A stretch of DNA of 54,605 bases. It comes from a virus (taxonomy: Duplodnaviria > Caudoviricetes). Shown here piece by piece: positions 34,944 through 43,127 of this stretch. Position 1 is the stretch's first letter, and each line of letters starts with the position of its first letter. Made by a program: the position numbers and the translations under genes. The notes beneath the pieces are model-generated. The model did no database searches. It saw only the letters and a program-made list of their open reading frames with translations, and was not told where the DNA came from. The stretch is taken from the IMG/VR virus record IMGVR_UViG_3300036770_004582, positions 1 through 54,605 of that record; one strand, written 5' to 3'.

Positions 34944-35291
34944 ATGCACTACATGAACGACACCCTAACACCTAGTGACATCGAAATCACCCGTGTGATG
35001 CGGTTGGATCTGACCGCCGACCAATGGGGTCTGTTCTTCGACGAGGACGTGCCGGCCACGCAGTCGGGTGGTCCGGGACGAAACGAAATCGCCCGAATCC
35101 TGAATCTCGAAGTCGCGCAGGCGTTCAACTACCACGAGCAGGAACCGGCGCTTGCGCTGCAGTTCGCGCACCTAGTGCTCGAGCGATTCCAGGTCTACGG
35201 CGCGGCAGACACCGAAGGCTACATGACCGTGGATGCGATCGCCGGGGTGTTCTTCGGCGAGGACGCCGTGCTTCACTACAAAGGACGATAA
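34944..35291 (+). CDS. Hypothetical early protein
   Basis: 115 aa acidic protein with YGAADTE motif. Confidence 0.7.
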   Translation: MHYMNDTLTPSDIEITRVMRLDLTADQWGLFFDEDVPATQSGGPGRNEIARILNLEVAQAFNYHEQEPALALQFAHLVLERFQVYGAADTEGYMTVDAIAGVFFGEDAVLHYKGR

Positions 35292-35293
35292 TC

Positions 35294-35536
35294 GTGGACA
35301 CACCAAATAGGCTTGAATACGAAATGCCCACCCTGTACGACGAGGCCCGGGATCGGGCCGCGAAGGGCCTTGCGCAGGCATGGCACGACCAATGGTGCCG
35401 GTACCAGTCCGGGACGCTCTCGGAGGCCATGTACGGCGTGGGCAAACGGTACGCACGCAAGGAGCTGCAGCGGCTCGGGCACCACCGGGTGGCGGTGGAC
35501 CGGCTCGGACGGGTGATCGAAAAGGTCCGCGTATAG
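35294..35536 (+). CDS. Hypothetical protein
   Basis: GTG start after AAGGA; 3' part of track ORF 35024..35536. Confidence 0.5.
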   Translation: MDTPNRLEYEMPTLYDEARDRAAKGLAQAWHDQWCRYQSGTLSEAMYGVGKRYARKELQRLGHHRVAVDRLGRVIEKVRV

Positions 35537-35540
35537 GTAC

Positions 35541-35600
35541 TTGACAAAATGTTCCACCCGTGTTATAATAGAGGTTCTTTTAACCAAACGATAGAGGACA
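35541..35600 (+). promoter_or_regulatory. Cassette promoter
   Basis: GGTAC-TTGACA-N17-TATAAT-AGAGGTTC; CGATAGAGGACA leader. Confidence 0.85.
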
Positions 35601-35605
35601 GACAG

Positions 35606-36025
35606 ATGAACAAGCCCAATTACAAAGACTACTACGTGTTTCAGCTCCAGGACAACGCCGACTACCGCGAAAACCACAGCGCGGTCCGTGAGTTCACCAA
35701 CTCGCTCGCTGAGGTGATGTACGACCGATCGATTCACGAGGACGAGCGGCAGGAAAAGCTCGACGCCGCTTTCGCTGATTTCAACCGCCGGATGGGCATG
35801 GCCTTTACGCTGGTTGGTGTAATCAGTGCACAGTCGCTCGACGGCGTGTACGAGATCGGCAACGTCGGACCCGAGTCGCACATCAAGCGCTACCCGGGCC
35901 GCTCAATGGTCTCGGTCTCGGTCGGCGACCTGATCTTGACGCCTGCCAGTCGTATCGCAATGGTGCTTCCCATCGGATTCGCCGAGTTCAACCCGCCCGC
36001 CGAGGGCATGCAGATGGCCGCATAA
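35606..36025 (+). CDS. YodL-like domain protein
   Basis: Y.VFQL N-terminus and LDGVYEIGN...SVSVGDLI.......MV.PIGF C-terminus; start ATG 35606. Confidence 0.55.
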   Translation: MNKPNYKDYYVFQLQDNADYRENHSAVREFTNSLAEVMYDRSIHEDERQEKLDAAFADFNRRMGMAFTLVGVISAQSLDGVYEIGNVGPESHIKRYPGRSMVSVSVGDLILTPASRIAMVLPIGFAEFNPPAEGMQMAA

Positions 36026-36465
36026 TGCGACTCCCGGAGCAACGGCTTTGGGACCGCCTCTCGCACCTGATGTCCGGGGTGTGGGTGGCGACTCGCATCG
36101 AAAACCGGGTCGAGAAATCCTCGCCCGACGTCTTTTTCGCCCACCCCGAGATCCACGGGTGGGTGGAGCTTAAAGTCTACAACCCGCCGCTGCGGCTCGA
36201 AACCCCGTGGCGGCTCTCGAACTGGACCGCCGGGCAGCAGGACTGGGCGCGCAGGTACACGGCCGCCGGAGTCCCGGTCTGGGTCGTCGTCCACTTCACC
36301 GGTACCGACCGCATCTACGTGCTCGACGCCCGGGAGGCGCTGGAGGCACAAAATACAGCTTCGCTCTTTCACTTTCGGCGTCGGTACGACTGGTGTTCGG
36401 TGTCGTGGAAACACGGGACCGGGCAGGAGATACTTGACCGGCTGAAGGAGTCGTGGTACACTTGA
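36025..36465 (+). CDS. PD-(D/E)xK nuclease, probable Holliday-junction resolvase
   Basis: E...W, RIEN, PDV, GWVELK and Q..W motifs. Confidence 0.75.
   Translation: MRLPEQRLWDRLSHLMSGVWVATRIENRVEKSSPDVFFAHPEIHGWVELKVYNPPLRLETPWRLSNWTAGQQDWARRYTAAGVPVWVVVHFTGTDRIYVLDAREALEAQNTASLFHFRRRYDWCSVSWKHGTGQEILDRLKESWYT
36434..36462 (+). promoter_or_regulatory. sigma70-like promoter pointing into non-coding element B
   Basis: TAC-TTGACC-N17-TACACT with TG extension, inside the 3' end of the nuclease gene. Confidence 0.5.
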
Positions 36466-36541
36466 ATCTGTGGTCTTGTGGCGCCCGCCGCGAGGAACGC
36501 GCCACAAAATGCAGTACGTAGTCGAGCAGCACCCGCAAAGC

Positions 36542-36878
36542 GTTCCACCGTTCCACCTTGATGGAACAGAGATGGAACAGCGAAACCCCCCGTCAAAAAA
36601 GAAGCTTCGGACAGTTGTTCCTTTGTTACATGCGCACGCGGGTATGATCCTGTCGCAAAGCTGCGACAGATATATGGGGGTAATGATGGAACGGTGGAAC
36701 AACGGAACAATTTCCGAAAAAGCCCGTCGGAAGCCGAGCTTCGAGCAGTGGTCTGTTCCATTGCTGTTCCATCATTGTGGAACACAAGAGGCACGCCGGG
36801 GTGCTTCTAGACGCCAAGTATTGTCTCTCTCTTATAACCCCACCTCTCCTACAATCCCCTCACGTACGTGCGCGATTG
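36542..36878. repeat. Iteron-rich element B; inverted partner of 16542-16875
   Basis: 9 exact and 3 degenerate GTTCCA/TGGAAC copies; boxes collinear with element A on the opposite strand. Confidence 0.85.
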
Positions 36879-37008
36879 TTATTAACTCGAACTATCGAAT
36901 CTTCCCACCCGATAGTCTCTACTTTTATCGATCCTCCGGTGCGTTTGGTGTTGCAACTATCGCCCCGCCTCTTCTTATAGCTCTCGACTATGACCTCTTG
37001 CCGGCCAG

Positions 37009-37038
37009 TTGACACCTGTTGCTCCGCTGTGGTACCAT
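37009..37038 (+). promoter_or_regulatory. Promoter for terminase operon
   Basis: TTGACA-N18-TACCAT with TG extension; ATG 37045 lies 7 nt downstream. Confidence 0.6.
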
Positions 37039-37044
37039 CCGTGC

Positions 37045-37725
37045 ATGGTTACTGGACACTTTAACGATGGTTACATTTCCATCGAGGAACTCGGACCCGA
37101 GACCGTCGCCGAATACGAGCGGCGCGCCGGGTGCTCACTGCAAGTGCTACTGGACGAAATTCGCCGGACTCGTGCGAGGATCCCTGAAAGCTCCTCGTGC
37201 TTGGACGCTTCCTCGCTGACGTGCAACCAGCCGTCGGCGGTAGCAAAAGGTCGACTCAAGCAGTACGAGGAGACAAAGGCCTGGAAGATGCTGGTCTTTT
37301 TGGCCGAGTTTCGCGATGGACAGGACGAGCGGTTCTCGATGCGGTACGCTTACCAAAAGGCCAACGTGGCTCGGACTACGATGCAGACTTGGAGACACGA
37401 CCACCCGCTGTTCGACGCGATGGTGAACTCGGTGTCGGACGAAATGGTCGACGTGATGCGTGCCGAGGCCTTTCGTCGTTCGGTGGTGGGCATTGATGAG
37501 CCGATTTTCTATCAGGGCAACGACACCGGGCATCGGATCAAAAAATACTCGGACTCGCTGCTGCAGTTCACGCTTATGGGGTACGACTCGCGGTTCCGTG
37601 CCAAAGACGTCAATATGAATGTGTCGGGATCACTGGACACGAACGTAAACATTGAGGGATTGCGTGATCAACTTGCCCGTCGGCTCAACGCGAAATCAAA
37701 GACGCAAGAATCGGCTGACTCCTGA
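37045..37725 (+). CDS. terS: Terminase small subunit
   Basis: HTH-like A..KANVARTT..TWR..DHP.F and EAFRRSV.G.DEP.FYQG......KKYSDSLL.F motifs; directly before terL. Confidence 0.8.
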   Translation: MVTGHFNDGYISIEELGPETVAEYERRAGCSLQVLLDEIRRTRARIPESSSCLDASSLTCNQPSAVAKGRLKQYEETKAWKMLVFLAEFRDGQDERFSMRYAYQKANVARTTMQTWRHDHPLFDAMVNSVSDEMVDVMRAEAFRRSVVGIDEPIFYQGNDTGHRIKKYSDSLLQFTLMGYDSRFRAKDVNMNVSGSLDTNVNIEGLRDQLARRLNAKSKTQESADS

Positions 37726-39097
37726 GTCCGAGCACTGGGACCAGTTCGTCGCCGACCTCTCGGGTCCCGAGGTCGTGGAGCTTTACTACGATTGGCCAAC
37801 GTGGGCACGCCCGAACCAGACGATCCCGGAGGAGGACTGGTGGGTCACGTGGCTCATCCTCGCCGGCCGTGGGTGGGGCAAGACCCGCTGCGGTGCCGAG
37901 TTCGTCCGCTACCACGTCGAGAACAAGCTGGCCGGCCGCATCGCGCTGATCGCCGAGGACGCAGGCGACGCCCGGGACGTGATGGTCGAGGGTGAGTCGG
38001 GGATCTTGGCGATCTCGCACCCAAAATGCAAGCCGACGTTCGTACCATCGAAACGCCGCTTGGAGTGGCCCAACGGTGCGATTGCCACCATCTACTCGGA
38101 CAATGACCCCGAGACGCTGCGAGGCCCGCAGCACGACCTTTTTTGGTGTGATGAGTTGGCCAAGTTCCGCAACCCCGAGGAGATGTGGTCGAACCTGATG
38201 TTCGGACTGCGCCTCGGTGTGCACCCACGCGGTGTGGTCACCACCACGCCCAAGCCCATTCCCATCGTGCGTCGGCTGATGGAGGACGAGCGCACGTACA
38301 TGACGACCGGCACGACGCACGAAAATTTCGTGAATCTCGCACCTTCCTTTCGCGACGAAATTATCGCGCAGTACGAGGGCACCCGAATCGGACGCCAGGA
38401 GCTGTACGCCGAGGTGATTGACCCCGAGGACTACGGCATCATCAAACGCGACTGGTTCCGGCTGTGGCCCGCCGAGCGCGAATTCCCCGAGTTCGTGTAC
38501 GTGCTGCAGTCCTACGACTGCGCCTACACGGAAAAGACGATCAACGACCCGACCGCCTGCTCGGTCTGGGGCATCTTCCGACCGGACGACGACTCGCCCT
38601 TTTGTGCCATGTTGCTCGACTGCTGGGAGGATTTCCTGGCTTACCCCGATCTTCGCCCCAAAATCATCGACGAGTACCAGTCGATCTACGGCGAGCCGGG
38701 CAAAAAGGTCGACATGGTGCTGGTCGAGGACAAGGCCGCAGGCATCTCGATCATCCAAGACCTGCAGCGCGCAGGCATCCCGTGCCGCGCCTACAACCCG
38801 GGCCGAGCGGACAAGGTCCAGCGGCTGCACCTCGTGGCCAACATCATCGCCCGAGGCCGCGTCTACATTCCCGAGTCCACCGTGCACCCGGGGCAGCCAC
38901 GCGATTGGGCGGATCTGCTGGTCTCGCAGGTCTGCTCCTTCCCTGAGTCGCAGCGCGACGACCTGACCGACACGACCTCGCAGGCGCTGCGGCTGTTGCG
39001 CGACCTGACTTTCCTTTCCATTGACCCCGCGCCCGTCGAGGACGAGTACTACGACGAGGACGAGCAACGCACGAAGGTGAACCCTTATGCAGTATGA
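37652..39097 (+). CDS. terL: Terminase large subunit (start may be GTG 37664)
   Basis: AGRGWGKT Walker A, LRGPQ, WCDE Walker B, TTTP; nuclease SYDCA, VEDKAAG and DDLTD motifs. Confidence 0.95.
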   Translation: MRDCVINLPVGSTRNQRRKNRLTPESEHWDQFVADLSGPEVVELYYDWPTWARPNQTIPEEDWWVTWLILAGRGWGKTRCGAEFVRYHVENKLAGRIALIAEDAGDARDVMVEGESGILAISHPKCKPTFVPSKRRLEWPNGAIATIYSDNDPETLRGPQHDLFWCDELAKFRNPEEMWSNLMFGLRLGVHPRGVVTTTPKPIPIVRRLMEDERTYMTTGTTHENFVNLAPSFRDEIIAQYEGTRIGRQELYAEVIDPEDYGIIKRDWFRLWPAEREFPEFVYVLQSYDCAYTEKTINDPTACSVWGIFRPDDDSPFCAMLLDCWEDFLAYPDLRPKIIDEYQSIYGEPGKKVDMVLVEDKAAGISIIQDLQRAGIPCRAYNPGRADKVQRLHLVANIIARGRVYIPESTVHPGQPRDWADLLVSQVCSFPESQRDDLTDTTSQALRLLRDLTFLSIDPAPVEDEYYDEDEQRTKVNPYAV

Positions 39098-39806
39098 TCC
39101 CCTTGAACTCGCATTGCTTTACGAGCAAAATGGCTACTCGAAAGGCGGCAAGGTCGTCGATTTTCTGGTCGAGGTGCTCAAAGGCGGCAGCAAGCCGACC
39201 GATACGAAACGCCGCGCCGCGATGGGGCTGCCCAAGGACCTGACACCCAAGCCCGGTGAGGTCGTGGTCAAGGAGGAGGTTAAGACCGCGCCGAAGAAGG
39301 GCGAAACGTCGGTCTCCATGACCGAGGCTATGAACATCCCGATGTCGCGTCGTGACGTATTGCGTGCCGGTGCAGGGCAGGCAGCAAACGCCATGGCACC
39401 GCGCGGTGCGTTGGGTTCGCTCATGCAGATGGCCAGCTCGCCCATGAATCTTGCGCGCAGCATCGCACCACCCGCCGGTTCTTCCACACTGCAAGGTCTG
39501 ATCGCTCAGGCACTCGCTCGTGGGATGAGCGAGGAGGATTTGGTAAAGCTCGCCGCCGGTGTCCGTCCGGATCTACAGGATTTCGAGGTGTTGTACCTGT
39601 CGGACCTGATGCGTGCACCTACCGATTTTATGCATGAGTTCGCGGATCAAGCCGGACCGTTGGCCAATATGCGCTCGATGCTCAACGTGCCGGAAGGCAC
39701 GGGTATTAAATCGGCACTACGTGAAATTCGGGGTGCCGATCCTAAAATGTACGAAGGATTAAAACAGGCCGCGCGAGACATCAGCGACCTTTCAATGGAA
39801 CCTTAA
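39087..39806 (+). CDS. Hypothetical protein between terL and portal
   Basis: 239 aa with YSKGGKV and internal MSRRDVLR motifs. Confidence 0.7.
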   Translation: MQYDPLELALLYEQNGYSKGGKVVDFLVEVLKGGSKPTDTKRRAAMGLPKDLTPKPGEVVVKEEVKTAPKKGETSVSMTEAMNIPMSRRDVLRAGAGQAANAMAPRGALGSLMQMASSPMNLARSIAPPAGSSTLQGLIAQALARGMSEEDLVKLAAGVRPDLQDFEVLYLSDLMRAPTDFMHEFADQAGPLANMRSMLNVPEGTGIKSALREIRGADPKMYEGLKQAARDISDLSMEP

Positions 39807-39809
39807 ATT

Positions 39810-42347
39810 ATGGCAATCGAATTTCCCCAACCACAAATGCCTGAGGACGAGCAGTTCGACCCGATGCAGCAGGGTGCGCCCGAGGAGGACGACGGCGGCA
39901 TGATGGTCGACATCGAGGAGGAGTTCGCCGAGGTCGAAGAGCAGCCGGATGGATCCGCGATTGTGCGGATGGAGGAGTTCAAGGGGCCAACCGATGACCA
40001 GGACTTTTACCAGAATCTCGCCGACACGTTGCCCGAGCACGAACTCAAAAGTCTTGCAATGCGGTACCTGCAGCTGATCGACAAGGACCACGAAGCACGC
40101 AAGCAGCGCGACAAGCAGTACGAGGAGGGCATTCGCCGCACGGGTCTGGGTAACGACGCCCCGGGTGGTGCCGACTTCCAAGGGGCCAGCAAGGTGGTAC
40201 ACCCGGTAATGGCCGAGGCCTGTGTGGACTTCGAGGCACGGGCGATCCGGGAGCTTTTCCCACCCGATGGGCCGGTGCGAACGCAGATCCTCGGGGAGTC
40301 GAACGAGGAACTTACGCGGCGGGCCGAGCGCAAGCGGGATTTCATGAACTGGCAGTTGACCGAGCAGATCCCCGAGTTCCGGGACGAGCAGGAGCAGATG
40401 CTGACGCAGTTGCCGCTGGGTGGTTCGCAGTTCTTGAAGGTCTGGTTCGATGAGCGGCTCAAGCGCCCTTGCGTCGAGTTCATCCCAATCGACAACGTGC
40501 TGCTGCCTTTTGCCGCGACAAACTTTTACTCCGCGCAGCGCGCCACCGAGATTCACGACATCACGCAGTTCACGTTCGAGGAGCGCATCTCGTCGGGCCT
40601 CTACCGTGACGTTTCGATCATTCGGGCCACGATGGAGCCGGAGCTGTCGGAAGCGCAAAAGGCAACGGACAAGGTCGAGGGGAAATCGCCGAATGAAAAC
40701 GAAGATGGCGTGCGTCGTGTTTACCATATTTACACTTATCTGGAGCTGGAGGACGATTCGCATTCGAAGGGGGATTACGCGCCTTACATCCTGATGATTG
40801 ATGAGTTGGACACCGAGGTGGTGGGCCTGTACCGCAACTGGGAGATGGGCGACGCGACGATGCGCAAGCTCGACTGGGTGGTCGAGTTCAAGTTCATCCC
40901 GTGGCGTGGTGCCTACGCCATTGGGTTACCACACCTGATAGGAGGTCTTTCGGCTGCATTGACCGGTGCGTTACGTGCGCTGCTCGATACCGCGCACATC
41001 AATAATTCGGCAACGATGCTCAAGCTCAAAGGAGCGAAGATTTCGGGCCAATCCCAATCGGTGGACGTTACGCAGGTGACCGAAATCGAAGGGGCGCCGG
41101 GCGTGGACGACATCCGCAAGATCGCCATGCCGATGCCATTCAATCCTCCGAGCGAAACGCTCTTCAAGCTGCTCGGCTGGTTGTCGAATGCAGCCAAAGG
41201 CGTGGTGACGACCTCGGAGGAAAAGATCGCCGACATCACCTCAAACGCGCCGGTAGGCACGACGCAGGCGTTGATCGAGCAGGGCGCGGCGGTGTTCTCC
41301 GCCATTCACGCCCGGTTGCACGACTCGCAGCGCCGGGTGCTGATGATCCTGCAGCGGATTGACCGGTGGTACTTGGACGAGATGGTCGGACCCGACATGC
41401 CGACGCAGTTGGAAATCCGGCGCGAGGACTTTAACCGTTCGACCGACGTGATCCCGGTGTCCGATCCGCACATCTTCTCCGAGACGCAGCGGATGGCGCA
41501 GAATCAGGCGGTGATGGCGTACATGAAAGAGTACCCGCAGCTGTTCGACCAGCGGGCGGTGGTGTACCGGGCGCTGAAGCAAATGAAGATTCCGAATATC
41601 ACCGAACTGATGCCGGCGGTGTCGGAGCCGATGGAGATAAACGCCGCTGAGGAAAACGCGGCGATGTCGATTGGTCGCGCCGCATACGCGTACCCACACC
41701 AGAACCAGTTGGCACACATCCAGGCGCACTTGGACTACGCGCTCAACCCGATGCTGGGGTCGAACCTGATTATCGCCAGGACTTTCCTGCCGATGTGCTT
41801 GGAGCACCTCAAGCAGCACCTGATGCTCTGGTACATGAACCACATGAACGGGTACGTCGAGGAGTCGCTCGGTGGCAAGGTCAAGGACTACCATGTCGCC
41901 GGCATCACGGGCGACATCGACAAGCTCTACGCGCTCGCCTCGCAGCACACGATCATGGACGTGCAGGAGTCGTTCGCCAAGGTTATGCCGGCGCTGCAGC
42001 AACTGCAGCAGGTGTTGCAGTCGTTTGCGCCGAAGCCACAGATGGACGGGGGCGATCAGGTGATCCTGCAGACGTCGATGGCCGAGACGCAACGGCGGGC
42101 GGCAAAAGATCAGACCGACGCGCAGCTGAAAGCCGAGGAGCTGCGGCAGCGGGCGCTGAATGAGAACCGCGAGCAGCAGATCAAGATTGCGCTGAACGCG
42201 GCCGATAACCTTACCGACGAACGGATTAAGACTGCGGAGATCACACGGGACACCATGGCTCTGCAGCAGGAGCAGCAACAGGCTGCGGTAACCGCCCTGC
42301 AAGGGGCAACTGACCTATTAAGGAGGCCACCAAATGGCAACGTCTGA
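39810..42347 (+). CDS. Portal protein (P22-like, long C-terminal barrel)
   Basis: 845 aa after terL; FQGASKVVHP..AEACVDF.ARA..EL.P..GPV and APVGTT.AL.E motifs; Gln-rich coiled-coil tail. Confidence 0.88.
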   Translation: MAIEFPQPQMPEDEQFDPMQQGAPEEDDGGMMVDIEEEFAEVEEQPDGSAIVRMEEFKGPTDDQDFYQNLADTLPEHELKSLAMRYLQLIDKDHEARKQRDKQYEEGIRRTGLGNDAPGGADFQGASKVVHPVMAEACVDFEARAIRELFPPDGPVRTQILGESNEELTRRAERKRDFMNWQLTEQIPEFRDEQEQMLTQLPLGGSQFLKVWFDERLKRPCVEFIPIDNVLLPFAATNFYSAQRATEIHDITQFTFEERISSGLYRDVSIIRATMEPELSEAQKATDKVEGKSPNENEDGVRRVYHIYTYLELEDDSHSKGDYAPYILMIDELDTEVVGLYRNWEMGDATMRKLDWVVEFKFIPWRGAYAIGLPHLIGGLSAALTGALRALLDTAHINNSATMLKLKGAKISGQSQSVDVTQVTEIEGAPGVDDIRKIAMPMPFNPPSETLFKLLGWLSNAAKGVVTTSEEKIADITSNAPVGTTQALIEQGAAVFSAIHARLHDSQRRVLMILQRIDRWYLDEMVGPDMPTQLEIRREDFNRSTDVIPVSDPHIFSETQRMAQNQAVMAYMKEYPQLFDQRAVVYRALKQMKIPNITELMPAVSEPMEINAAEENAAMSIGRAAYAYPHQNQLAHIQAHLDYALNPMLGSNLIIARTFLPMCLEHLKQHLMLWYMNHMNGYVEESLGGKVKDYHVAGITGDIDKLYALASQHTIMDVQESFAKVMPALQQLQQVLQSFAPKPQMDGGDQVILQTSMAETQRRAAKDQTDAQLKAEELRQRALNENREQQIKIALNAADNLTDERIKTAEITRDTMALQQEQQQAAVTALQGATDLLRRPPNGNV

Positions 42348-42516
42348 CCAGGAGCAAATGTCTGAAGCCGTCCCTTACCACAAGCGGATGGCAATGGGTG
42401 CAAAAGTGGACGGTTCGTCCATGCAAGCACGCGGTGAATCGGCGACTAAAAACCGTTCGAACAACCGTGAGAAGTCGTCTTCGGGTGCTCTCGCCCGCAT
42501 GAAGACATCCAAGTAG
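42334..42516 (+). CDS. Small basic hypothetical protein
   Basis: AAGGAGG RBS; 60 aa. Confidence 0.6.
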   Translation: MATSDQEQMSEAVPYHKRMAMGAKVDGSSMQARGESATKNRSNNREKSSSGALARMKTSK

Positions 42517-42517
42517 T

Positions 42518-42706
42518 ATGGTGCGCTCAACCTCGGATTTCATCGGTATGTGCAAAGCCGAGCAGGCGCGTATTTCGCAGTCACTCGTCGAGGGCCACGC
42601 GGTCAATTTCGAGACGTACCAACGGCTCGTGGGCCAGTATCAAGGGCTTGAGAAAGCTCTGGATATACTCGACAATATCTTAAAGGAACCCAATGAAGAT
42701 GAATGA
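42518..42706 (+). CDS. Small conserved hypothetical protein
   Basis: L..G...NFETYQRLVGQYQGL motif, usually found before phage GroES-like genes. Confidence 0.7.
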   Translation: MVRSTSDFIGMCKAEQARISQSLVEGHAVNFETYQRLVGQYQGLEKALDILDNILKEPNEDE

Positions 42707-43127
42707 ACCGGTTGCTTCGAATGAAGCTGCGTTGCAGGATGCATTTCCTGCGGTAGACCCGGGTGCTGTACCTGTCGGTGGACGGATTTTGGTACAGTGG
42801 AGACAAACGATCAAGAAGACTACGAACTCGGGAATTGTTCTCGTCGAAGAGACTAAAGAGACCGAGAAGTGGAACAATCAGGTCGCGAGGGTGATCGCGC
42901 TGGGGCCGTTGGCCTTCAAGAAGCGAGACACCCTTGAACCCTGGCCCGAGGGCAGTTGGGTGCAGGTCGGCGACTTTGTTCGACTTCCGAAGTGGGGTGG
43001 AGACCGGTGGGAGGTGCCCTTTGGGGACCCCAACGAGGGCGAGACCGCACTCTTTTCAGTATTCAACGACCATGAGGTGATCGCGAAGGTCACCGGAGAC
43101 CCATTGAAAGTGAGGGCATTCCTATGA
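42693..43127 (+). CDS. groES: GroES-like co-chaperonin
   Basis: PVGGRILV, T.SGIVL, V.ALGP.A, W.QVGD.V and NDHEV motifs. Confidence 0.85.
   Translation: MKMNEPVASNEAALQDAFPAVDPGAVPVGGRILVQWRQTIKKTTNSGIVLVEETKETEKWNNQVARVIALGPLAFKKRDTLEPWPEGSWVQVGDFVRLPKWGGDRWEVPFGDPNEGETALFSVFNDHEVIAKVTGDPLKVRAFL

Noticed and set aside
31770-35600. Integron attC cassettes or CRISPR-like repeats
   Set aside because: The repeats are promoter/RBS units without attC palindromes, and no integrase was seen.
36470-37012. ORFs spanning elements A and B (36470-37012, 36369-36794, 16623-16949, 16774-16962)
   Set aside because: Their translations are dominated by the hexamer repeats (MERWN, VPPFH) and lack an RBS, so they are best read as non-coding.
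37685-39067. Long minus-strand ORFs (e.g. 37685-39067, 41241-42302, 39792-40763, 46001-46987, 18906-19733)
   Set aside because: They are antisense shadows of well-supported + strand genes in GC-rich DNA, with no motifs or RBS.
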